IMG/VR virus record: IMGVR_UViG_3300036975_000041
Span: 1-36,187 of that record
Strand: one strand, 5' to 3'
Origin: a virus
Lineage: Duplodnaviria; Caudoviricetes
DNA: 36,187 bases
Below, in pieces: positions 26,661 to 34,287 of this stretch. Position numbers and translations under genes: made by a program. The first letter of the stretch is position 1. The number at the start of each line of letters is the position of its first letter. Under the pieces are notes generated by a model, which saw nothing but the letters and a program-made list of their open reading frames with translations, was not told where the DNA came from and made no database searches.

Positions 26661-28320
26661 TGAAATACAAAAATATCTTAATCATGGTTTTAACGTGATT
26701 CCTGTTAATCAAGATAAGACCCCCGCATGCGATTGGAAACATTTCAAAAATAATAAAATTGAAAACCTAAAACTATTTACAACTGATTGCATAGGTATTG
26801 TTTGTGGCAAGATTAGCGATAGTTTAGAAGTATTAGATTTTGACAATCACAACGGCACGGCAAAAGAAAACTTATCTAATTTCTTAAATCACGACTTAAT
26901 TAAACCTATTTACGAAAAATACAAACTTCCGGTTGTAAAAACTCAAAGCGGTGGGTTTCATATTTATTATCGTTGCGATAAAATCGAAGGAAATCAAAAG
27001 CTTGCAATGGTAAAACTAAATGGCAAACCAGATGCAATAATTGAAACACGTGGAGAAGGTGGCTATATATTAGCACCTCCAAGTAAAGGATATGAATTTA
27101 TAAGGAATTCTTTTGAAGATTTACAATTCATTACAGAACAGGAACGACAATTGATAATAGAATTTGCAAAAACATTTAACAAACATGAAAAGTCTATTAA
27201 AAAATACAAAGCAAATACTGATAATGATAAACCTGGAAATATTTATGATAATACACCAGAAGCCATTGAAGAAGCAAAGTCAGCTTTGAAATCAATAGGT
27301 TGGGAAGATTTAGGTTTTAATAATTGTTGGAGGCGTCCAGGTAAAAACAAAGGAATCAGCGCAACTTTTGGAAATATAGCGCCAAATGTATTTTATTCTT
27401 TTAGTTCAAATGTAGAATATTTTGATTTTGAAACTGCATACACACCTTTTTCGATAGTTAGCTTAATAAAATATAATGGTGATTTTAGCAAATTTGCTTC
27501 TGAATTAGCAAAACGGTATAAACTAAACGGAAAAGCAAAAGAACCGGAACCAAGCAAAGAAGATTTAAAAGCTGAATTACTAAAATACTACAATGACCCT
27601 GATATAAACATTGAAAAACCTCCAATGGTAATCGGTATCAGGACACAAAATAACATAGCTCCTATAATGACATTAGGCAATTTAAGTGTTTTAAAAGGTG
27701 CTGCAAAAAGTAAAAAAACCTATTTAATGTCAATGTTTGCGGCTTCTGCAATAGCAAATTCTGAACTATTTAGGGATATAATTACAGATATTCCAAAAAA
27801 TAAAAGGCAGGTTGTTATTTTTGATACAGAACAAAGCAAATTCCATTCTGCAAGGTTGTCTAATCGGATTATAAAAATGTCTTATAGCAATGCGGAACAT
27901 TTTGGAAGTTTTAATTTTAGAGGTTTAGAGGCAGAAAAAATAATACAATTAATAAATTATGCTTGTGATTTATATTCACAATTGGGTGTTTTATTCATTG
28001 ACCAGGTTGCAGATTTAATGAAATCAGTTAATGAAGAAAAAGAAGCAATACAGGTTGTTAGATTTTTAGAACATCTTAGCGATAAAAAGCAGATTCATAT
28101 TTGTGTTGTAATCCACCAAAATAAGTTAAATAATTTTGCTCAGGGGTGGTTAGGTACTCAATTAATGAAAAAAGCAGAAACTATAATCGAAGTTGAAAAA
28201 GACCATGAATTTGCCAATATGAGCACTGTTAAGGCAAATCTTACCAGAGATATTGGATTTGAAGATTTTAAATTTTTAATAAACGATAACGGCTATCCAG
28301 AGGTAGCAAAAACATTTTAA
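26653..28320 (+). CDS. Prim-Pol (AEP) primase-polymerase fused to a RecA-type (AAA_25-like) helicase
   Basis: VLDFD, TQSGGFHIYY, ETRGEGGYILAPPS; Walker A GAAKSKKT, DTEQS, Walker B LFIDQVADL, VIHQN. Confidence 0.85.
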   Translation: MNDEIQKYLNHGFNVIPVNQDKTPACDWKHFKNNKIENLKLFTTDCIGIVCGKISDSLEVLDFDNHNGTAKENLSNFLNHDLIKPIYEKYKLPVVKTQSGGFHIYYRCDKIEGNQKLAMVKLNGKPDAIIETRGEGGYILAPPSKGYEFIRNSFEDLQFITEQERQLIIEFAKTFNKHEKSIKKYKANTDNDKPGNIYDNTPEAIEEAKSALKSIGWEDLGFNNCWRRPGKNKGISATFGNIAPNVFYSFSSNVEYFDFETAYTPFSIVSLIKYNGDFSKFASELAKRYKLNGKAKEPEPSKEDLKAELLKYYNDPDINIEKPPMVIGIRTQNNIAPIMTLGNLSVLKGAAKSKKTYLMSMFAASAIANSELFRDIITDIPKNKRQVVIFDTEQSKFHSARLSNRIIKMSYSNAEHFGSFNFRGLEAEKIIQLINYACDLYSQLGVLFIDQVADLMKSVNEEKEAIQVVRFLEHLSDKKQIHICVVIHQNKLNNFAQGWLGTQLMKKAETIIEVEKDHEFANMSTVKANLTRDIGFEDFKFLINDNGYPEVAKTF

Positions 28321-28323
28321 ATT

Positions 28324-28536
28324 ATGGAACAAATGAGATGTAAAACTTGTGGAAGATTTATAAAGTATGATTCTGGCTGGAGCTGGGCTTTAATAGTATC
28401 ATGGTTTGGAGTAGATGGTGAAATATTTAGATGCGAAAAATGTACGGATAAATATGGAATAATTGAATCAAACGCAAAACCTTATGATGGTAATATGAAA
28501 CCATATCAAGGGATAAATTTAAATTATGCACCATGA
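28324..28536 (+). CDS. Small Zn-finger protein
   Basis: CKTCGRFI...CEKC. Confidence 0.6.
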   Translation: MEQMRCKTCGRFIKYDSGWSWALIVSWFGVDGEIFRCEKCTDKYGIIESNAKPYDGNMKPYQGINLNYAP

Positions 28537-29012
28537 AAAAATATAAAATAAATCTAATCCTGAATAATATCTGTAATCGGATGTATTCAAAAAAATTAAA
28601 TAAGATGAAAAAAAAGACACTAAGTAAATATAAACAAGAACTTTGGAAGTTATTTTCGCTTTATATTAAGAAAAAATACGAAACTGAGGAAGGTTGGTGT
28701 AGATGTTACACTTGTCAAAAGCCTTTAAAAATTGGTACTTCTGATTGTCAAAGCGGACATTATTACACAAAAAAAGGTTATCCAGCTCTTTTTTTTGATG
28801 AAAACAACGTAAGACCACAGTGTTATCATTGCAATATTAATTTAAGTGGTAATATTGTTATATTTGGAGAAAACCTAAAAAATGAAATAGGATATAATGC
28901 TATGGAAATTATGAAATCAAAGCGACATGATCAAGTCAAAAGAACAAAATCAGATTATATCGAATTGATTGAATTTTACAAGGATAAGCTTGCACAATTA
29001 ACTAATAATTAG
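28533..29012 (+). CDS. NinG/Rap-like HNH-type recombination endonuclease
   Basis: FSLYI, CYTC, GHYY, FDENNVRPQCYHCN; true start may be ATG 28605. Confidence 0.8.
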   Translation: MKKYKINLILNNICNRMYSKKLNKMKKKTLSKYKQELWKLFSLYIKKKYETEEGWCRCYTCQKPLKIGTSDCQSGHYYTKKGYPALFFDENNVRPQCYHCNINLSGNIVIFGENLKNEIGYNAMEIMKSKRHDQVKRTKSDYIELIEFYKDKLAQLTNN

Positions 29013-29021
29013 TAAATTAGT

Positions 29022-29435
29022 ATGAAATTTCTAGTTAAAAAACAGTTTGGGAAACTTATTCCGGTTTATAATTCTGATGCTGAAAAGTTAAAAGCTTGTA
29101 AGCTTAAAGAAGGTGAGGTTTACGAAGTTGAGATAAAGAAAAAAAGGAATTACGAATTTCATAAGAAGTATTTTGCCTTGATTAATCTTTGTTATGACAA
29201 TCAAGATGTATTTGATGAGTTTGACAATCTAAGAGATTATTTAACCTGCAAATCTGGTTTTTATATAAAAATAACTACTCCAGATGGAGAAATGATAAAA
29301 CCAAAGTCAATAAGCTTTGCAAATATGGATAATATCGAATTTGAGCAATTATATCAGAAGACAATCGGTGCCATTTGTAAGTTTATTGATGTTGAAGAAA
29401 AAGACATTTTAGATGAAATTGTTAATTATATGTAA
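29022..29435 (+). CDS. DUF1367-like phage protein
   Basis: KRNYEFHKKYFAL and PKSISFANMD..EFEQLY motifs; its stop lies in the ATGTAAC box. Confidence 0.7.
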   Translation: MKFLVKKQFGKLIPVYNSDAEKLKACKLKEGEVYEVEIKKKRNYEFHKKYFALINLCYDNQDVFDEFDNLRDYLTCKSGFYIKITTPDGEMIKPKSISFANMDNIEFEQLYQKTIGAICKFIDVEEKDILDEIVNYM

Positions 29436-29492
29436 CGGGCTTGTGGTATGAAACCGACACCACCACAGTAATAATTTTAATTTGAAAACGAA
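29427..29492 (+). other. attC/dif-like half site B0 at the head of the second accessory block
   Basis: TATATGTAAC (29427-36) pairs, with two G-T pairs, with GTTATGTATA (30534-43) at the far end; followed by GGTATGAAAC and the shared tttgaaaacgaa motif. Confidence 0.45.
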
Positions 29493-29945
29493 ATGGAAGC
29501 AAAAAATTTTAGAATAGGAAACTTCGTAAATCTCAAAAACTGGCAAGATGAAATAAGTTTTTTTGGTGAATTTGATATATCGCAAAAAGGATTAGATAAA
29601 CTGGTAAAAACAGGCGATGGAAACGCTATGATATTAACTATTACAAGTAAAGAACTTGAGCTTTTAGCTTATGGTTGTGAATTAGATTTTTATAGTTACA
29701 AAGAAATATTGCCAATAAAAATTACTGAAAAATGGCTTATTGATTTAGGGTTTAATAAATTCCCCGGAAGCGGACAGTTGTTCGATACTGATGATTTTTG
29801 GTCTGGCAGACTTATAAATGAAGGTTTTTTTGAGATTTCACACTTAGAATTAACGTTGAAGTATGTTCATGATTTGCAGAATGTTTTTTTTGCGTTAACC
29901 GGTAGAGAACTTCAATTGAAAAACGAATGTAGCACTTGTGGTTAA
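29493..29945 (+). CDS. Hypothetical phage protein (candidate cassette cargo)
   Basis: FRIGN...PIKITEKWL..LGF...LKYVHDLQNVFFALTGREL pattern of Bacteroidota phage hypotheticals; stop within site C. Confidence 0.7.
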   Translation: MEAKNFRIGNFVNLKNWQDEISFFGEFDISQKGLDKLVKTGDGNAMILTITSKELELLAYGCELDFYSYKEILPIKITEKWLIDLGFNKFPGSGQLFDTDDFWSGRLINEGFFEISHLELTLKYVHDLQNVFFALTGRELQLKNECSTCG

Positions 29946-30001
29946 ACGATGGGTGTAAACTGTCGTTTTAATGCGGTTTTACCCCGTGTTAGCTGCTGGG
30001 C
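29932..30001 (+). other. attC/dif-like palindromic site C (short form)
   Basis: GCACTT GTGGTTAAAC gatg GGTGTAAACTGTC GTTTTAAT GCGGTTTTACC ccgt GTTAGCTGCTGGGC. Confidence 0.7.
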
Positions 30002-30090
30002 GTGAAATTAGCAGATACTTCAATTGAAATACAAAAATAAAAAGTGAAGGGTACGGCTTACTGACCCATTAATTAAATACATTTTACAAA

Positions 30091-30420
30091 ATGGAAGAAA
30101 AGCAAATTAAATTTGAGAGCTGGGCAATAGTTGAGTTATTTGGACACAACCAACTTGCCGGAAAAGTAACAACTGAAAACATAGCCGGACAGGAATTTGT
30201 ACGGATAGATGTTCCAAAAACAACTAAAGTGCCAGCTTTTACTAAGTACCATTTACCAAGTGCAGTTTATGGATTAACGCCAGTTGATGAAGATTACGCA
30301 ACCCGTATGGCTGACAGGATTAATGCACAGCCTATAAACGATTATAAGCATAACGAAGTAATCCGTGAGATTATTAAAGAAAAGCTGGCAGAAATGGGGA
30401 CGAAAGCACTTGATTTTTAA
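30091..30420 (+). CDS. Hypothetical phage protein (candidate cassette cargo)
   Basis: WAIVELFGH..LAG.V..E.IAG..FVRIDVP; lies between sites C and D. Confidence 0.7.
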   Translation: MEEKQIKFESWAIVELFGHNQLAGKVTTENIAGQEFVRIDVPKTTKVPAFTKYHLPSAVYGLTPVDEDYATRMADRINAQPINDYKHNEVIREIIKEKLAEMGTKALDF

Positions 30421-30476
30421 TTGCGGGTGGGGCTTTTTGTTTTCTCCGCATCCGCACGATGTTGATTAAATGAACT

Positions 30477-30543
30477 GCCCCAGCCTTGCAGCTAACGTTG
30501 AGCTAAACAACGTTTTAATGTTGTTTAACGAATGTTATGTATA
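30477..30543 (+). other. attC/dif-like palindromic site D (short form)
   Basis: GCCCCAGCCTT GCAGCTAAC gttga GCTAAACAAC GTTTTAAT GTTGTTTAAC gaat GTTATGTATA. Confidence 0.75.
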
Positions 30544-30583
30544 TTTGCAAGCAGGTGTACTATGTCTAACTAAAAAAATAGCA

Positions 30584-30850
30584 ATGAGTATGTTTTATAT
30601 TATTTTTTCAATAGCATTTATAGTTATGGTAATTTGGGTTATTTATTTGCTAATAACAAGAAATGAAAAACCAAAAGAACATATCGATGGTAAGACACTT
30701 ATTGAATTATTAGTAATCGGACAAACTGAAATGACCGATTCAGATAAGATAGTATGGATTTCAAAACTTATTAACCAGGTTGATTTCACAAAACTTGAAA
30801 TTTGGCAGGTGCATGGATTTTTTAATTTAATAAACAGGATAAAAAGATGA
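30584..30850 (+). CDS. Membrane-anchored hypothetical protein
   Basis: N-terminal TM helix from ATG 30584; the track's upstream extension runs through site D. Confidence 0.55.
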   Translation: MSMFYIIFSIAFIVMVIWVIYLLITRNEKPKEHIDGKTLIELLVIGQTEMTDSDKIVWISKLINQVDFTKLEIWQVHGFFNLINRIKR

Positions 30851-31020
30851 AAAAAGACACAGAAGTAACATTTATTATTTACCCAGTTCATAAAAACGGG
30901 ATGCAAGCCTCTGGAATTGCAGTTAGTATAAAAGATAGCAAAGCGGCATATTCGCAGGCATTAGCTGAAGCCAAATTAAGAAGTAGGCTATCTGATTTCC
31001 CTGAATGGTCATTTTATTAA
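30847..31020 (+). CDS. Small hypothetical protein (57 aa)
   Basis: MKKDTEVTFIIYPVHKNGMQASGIAVSIKD...; ATGA overlap. Confidence 0.55.
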   Translation: MKKDTEVTFIIYPVHKNGMQASGIAVSIKDSKAAYSQALAEAKLRSRLSDFPEWSFY

Positions 31021-31150
31021 AATAACGGAAATAATATTAGCTGATTGCCCAACCAAAATAGTAGAAACTTAATAAAATATACAGACTTATGAGAACAAAT
31101 AAACTTTCAAAAAAGCTCGGCAATTTGCCTATATTTAGTGTTATAGCTAG
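31019..31150 (+). other. attC-like site E (long form, ~70-nt spacer)
   Basis: ATAAC ggaaat AATATTAGC tg ATTGCC ... GGCAAT tt GCCTATATT tagt GTTAT; the arms pair imperfectly. Confidence 0.5.
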
Positions 31151-31190
31151 TTTTTTGCGGGCTGACTTACACCGAGCAAACATTTTTATT

Positions 31191-31221
31191 TTTGCTAATT
31201 ATGTTATATTTTGTAACTTTG
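31191..31221 (+). promoter_or_regulatory. Bacteroidota promoter for the terminase/tail operon
   Basis: TTTG(31191-94)-N19-TAACTTTG(31214-21). Confidence 0.7.
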
Positions 31222-31242
31222 TACGGATAAAATATAAAAGCT

Positions 31243-31683
31243 ATGGGAGCGCCTTATGGTAATCAATTTGCAATAGGTAATAACGGAGGACAACCACCTA
31301 TTTATAAGAATGCAGAAGAGTTAAAAGAGGGCATAAATGCATATTTTACTGAGCAGCCAGATAAAAGAAATGTTATAGTAGGGGATAGTATTATAGAAGC
31401 ACCTATCTATACAATGACAGGGTTAGCATTATTCTTAGGTTTTGCAAGCCGACAAAGCCTTTATGACTACGCAAAACGAGATGAGTACTCTTACTTAATA
31501 AAAAGAGCACAAACTTTTATTGAAAGAGAATATGAAAAAAAACTACAAGAGGCGAGTTGTACAGGAGCTATATTTGCCTTAAAAAACATGGGATGGACAG
31601 ATTCAAAAGATATTACCTCTGGAGGTGAAAAAATAAACACCTCAGAAATGATAGTTAAGATAGTTGATGGAAAAGAAAAATGA
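31243..31683 (+). CDS. terS: Terminase small subunit (P22 gp3-like)
   Basis: GAPYGNQFA, EL...I.AYF, TGLALFLG, GAIFALKN; adjacent to terL. Confidence 0.8.
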   Translation: MGAPYGNQFAIGNNGGQPPIYKNAEELKEGINAYFTEQPDKRNVIVGDSIIEAPIYTMTGLALFLGFASRQSLYDYAKRDEYSYLIKRAQTFIEREYEKKLQEASCTGAIFALKNMGWTDSKDITSGGEKINTSEMIVKIVDGKEK

Positions 31684-33050
31684 TTGAAGTATTAAAGCTA
31701 TTTGAACCTGCATTGTATACAGATGCAAGGATAGTTGACTTATTAGGTGGCAGAGGGCGTGGAGGGTCGCATTTTATGGCCCAACATGCCCTAATTCAAT
31801 TATGTACAGCTAAATATTTTGATGCCTATTTTATGCGGGCTGTTCACAAGGATATTAAAACCTCACTTTGGAAAGGATTTAGGCAGCGATTTGATGAAGC
31901 AGTTGAACAAAGGATAATAGATGAAAGCTGGTTTGCTATTTCAGATCGTGAAATGACTATTAAGAACCTAAGAAATGGTAACGAAATTAGGTCAAAAGGT
32001 TTTAAGACTTCATCCGGTGGCCAAACCGCAAACCTTAAATCGCTGGAAGGTGCTATGACTATTTACATCGAAGAGGCAGAAGAAATAACCAAAGAACAGT
32101 TTACTAAGCTAGAAGATAGTTTAAGAACAACTAAAGGAAAACTCCAGGTGTTCAGAGCTTGGAACATCCCACCAAAGAACCACTTTCTTGTTAATGACTA
32201 TTACGACGCTGAATCAGTAGAATTGATAGACGGGAATGATATTAAGCACGAAGGTTATTTCAAGTTAATACCTAAAAGATTACCAGGACACTTAACGATA
32301 TTTGGAACCTATAAGGATAACATAAGGAATATACCTGAACATAAAATAAATACCTGGGAAAACTATTTTTATACAAACCCTGAACACTATTTTACTGACA
32401 TTTGCGGCTATGCAAGTGGAGGCGCTAAGGGTGTAATATTTAAGCAAAATATCAATTGGGGCATTTATGAGGATCTGCCTGACATTGAATTTCATGAAAC
32501 TTATGGACTAGACTTTGGAGGTGGTGGCATCAATGAAGGTCGTAAGATTTATGATGAACTATACAAGTTTGATGAACCAGATGGAAGTTCAACAACTGTA
32601 TTGGTTAAGCTATTAATCAACAAAGCCACTATGTCTGTATATGTCAAGCTACTTCTTTACAAGGCTTATATTTCCCCAGACAATCTTAGCCTGGTTTGTC
32701 AAGAACAGACTATTGAAGAAAGCGAAGGTTACAAAAAGAAAAAGAACATACTTGCTGATAATGCCAGGGCAGATAAGATCCAAGACTTACTTAATGACAA
32801 GCTTAATGTTATTGGGGCAAAGACAAAAGAGGGGGGCTCTCGAAAGGTTGTATCCGGGATAGAGATAATGAAAAAATACAAAATTTACTTTCATAAAGAT
32901 GATATCCCTTGTCATGTTGATGCAAATAATTATAAATGGGAATTCAATAAAACAACAGGTGAACCAACAGGGCAGCCTGTAAAAAAATATGAGAATGTTT
33001 GGGATGCAATTAGGTATCCATTGGTCAACTTTGATTTATACAACTGGTAA
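31680..33050 (+). CDS. terL: Terminase large subunit (PBSX/Terminase_3-like)
   Basis: Walker A GGRGRGGS, Walker B IYIEEAEE, nuclease motifs GLDFG, ADNA, WDAIRY. Confidence 0.9.
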   Translation: MIEVLKLFEPALYTDARIVDLLGGRGRGGSHFMAQHALIQLCTAKYFDAYFMRAVHKDIKTSLWKGFRQRFDEAVEQRIIDESWFAISDREMTIKNLRNGNEIRSKGFKTSSGGQTANLKSLEGAMTIYIEEAEEITKEQFTKLEDSLRTTKGKLQVFRAWNIPPKNHFLVNDYYDAESVELIDGNDIKHEGYFKLIPKRLPGHLTIFGTYKDNIRNIPEHKINTWENYFYTNPEHYFTDICGYASGGAKGVIFKQNINWGIYEDLPDIEFHETYGLDFGGGGINEGRKIYDELYKFDEPDGSSTTVLVKLLINKATMSVYVKLLLYKAYISPDNLSLVCQEQTIEESEGYKKKKNILADNARADKIQDLLNDKLNVIGAKTKEGGSRKVVSGIEIMKKYKIYFHKDDIPCHVDANNYKWEFNKTTGEPTGQPVKKYENVWDAIRYPLVNFDLYNW

Positions 33051-33053
33051 GCT

Positions 33054-33632
33054 ATGAACATAAAAATAAACAATAAGGATTATAAAATTAAGTCGGCTCT
33101 TGAATTAACAGTAAAAGAGTATGTTGAGATATTTAATGGAATTACCGAAGAATCAAGTCAATACGATATTCTGATAAGATATATCTCAGTTGTTACCGGA
33201 TTACCATATCGCAACGTTGCAGACATTTCAATAAGTCCAAATTCAATAAGAAGGCTATTTGCTTATATTGGTGAAATACCACAGGTTAAAGATATGCCAG
33301 AATTAAAGCAGTTCTATTATAAGCGTAAAGGGAGAATGCTATATAGGTCTTATGAGAATTGGCGTACACTTGGGGTTATGAGAATGATTGAGCAAAAGAA
33401 AGTTGATACACAAATAGAACAGGCTGTATATTTATTGGCTATCTATTTAACAGAAGACTATGATAATGATAAGGTTAACAAGGTGTATGAAGATCTTCAG
33501 TCCTATAATGCCATTGAAGTATTAGGCTTTATAATTTTTTTTTTCAAAAACTTATACAATGGAGAAAAGACAAATCAGAACTCTTCAAAAAAGCACAAGA
33601 AAAAAGCAAGCACAAACATAGTGATATTGTAA
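33054..33632 (+). CDS. Putative tail assembly chaperone (short, gpG-like form)
   Basis: 'ELTVKEY' N-terminus; IIFFF over a T10 slippery run followed by a low-complexity tail. Confidence 0.65.
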   Translation: MNIKINNKDYKIKSALELTVKEYVEIFNGITEESSQYDILIRYISVVTGLPYRNVADISISPNSIRRLFAYIGEIPQVKDMPELKQFYYKRKGRMLYRSYENWRTLGVMRMIEQKKVDTQIEQAVYLLAIYLTEDYDNDKVNKVYEDLQSYNAIEVLGFIIFFFKNLYNGEKTNQNSSKKHKKKASTNIVIL

Positions 33633-33823
33633 AGCAAATCACAGGAAAAAGACTAGATAAATATGCGTTTATAAACGAAATTGAATTTGTACTTGAAAAG
33701 GGTTTTGCCAATAATATACAAGATGCTTTGAAAATTGACGATGTTTATTTAACTTTGTCTCAATTAAGTGAAATCGAACGACAGGATGTTGACAGGAAAA
33801 TAAGCGACGAAATAAATAAATGA
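33542..33823 (+). CDS. -1 frameshift extension (gpT-like) of the tail assembly chaperone
   Basis: The -1 frame is open from T10 (33535-44) to TGA 33821-23, has no ATG, and its stop overlaps the next ATG; fusion about 256 aa. Confidence 0.75.
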   Translation, partial: FQKLIQWRKDKSELFKKAQEKSKHKHSDIVKQITGKRLDKYAFINEIEFVLEKGFANNIQDALKIDDVYLTLSQLSEIERQDVDRKISDEINK

Positions 33824-34287
33824 ACATAATCACAATCATACAAACAGCTCTCACAGCTCTTAACAGCGAGTCGGAGCTTTTTTTATTAGAGCGTTCCAGG
33901 GCTGAAAATGAAGAATTAAATCATACTAGCGATGTTGTTATCGTGTTACCTGATTGGCGGGGTCAAAGCCAATTTACACAAGCCCTAGAAATTACCACCA
34001 GACGAACTTATAACATCCACTTTAAAACACTTGATGAGTGGGATAACTCAGATAATAATATCCCTACTTCATACGAAAGCGAAACATCTGTAGATAAGAT
34101 TGAAAGAATGGAGACACTGGCTAACAGTGTTTTTTATTACATCCAAAAAAACAGTAATCTATTTCCAGAAATAATTAAAAAACTTACTTGGTCAATACCA
34201 CGGCCAATACTTAGGGCTAATAATGGAACAATGACAGGTGTAGAAGTTCAGTTGAATATAACATTTAAAGGAGAAAGGAATTGTTAA
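33820..34287 (+). CDS. Putative tail terminator/completion protein
   Basis: 155 aa with C-terminal 'TGVEVQLNITF'; size and context. Confidence 0.5.
   Translation: MNIITIIQTALTALNSESELFLLERSRAENEELNHTSDVVIVLPDWRGQSQFTQALEITTRRTYNIHFKTLDEWDNSDNNIPTSYESETSVDKIERMETLANSVFYYIQKNSNLFPEIIKKLTWSIPRPILRANNGTMTGVEVQLNITFKGERNC

Noticed and set aside
30470-30583. N-terminal extension of the 126-aa track ORF
   Set aside because: It translates straight through palindromic site D; ATG 30584 before the TM helix is more plausible.
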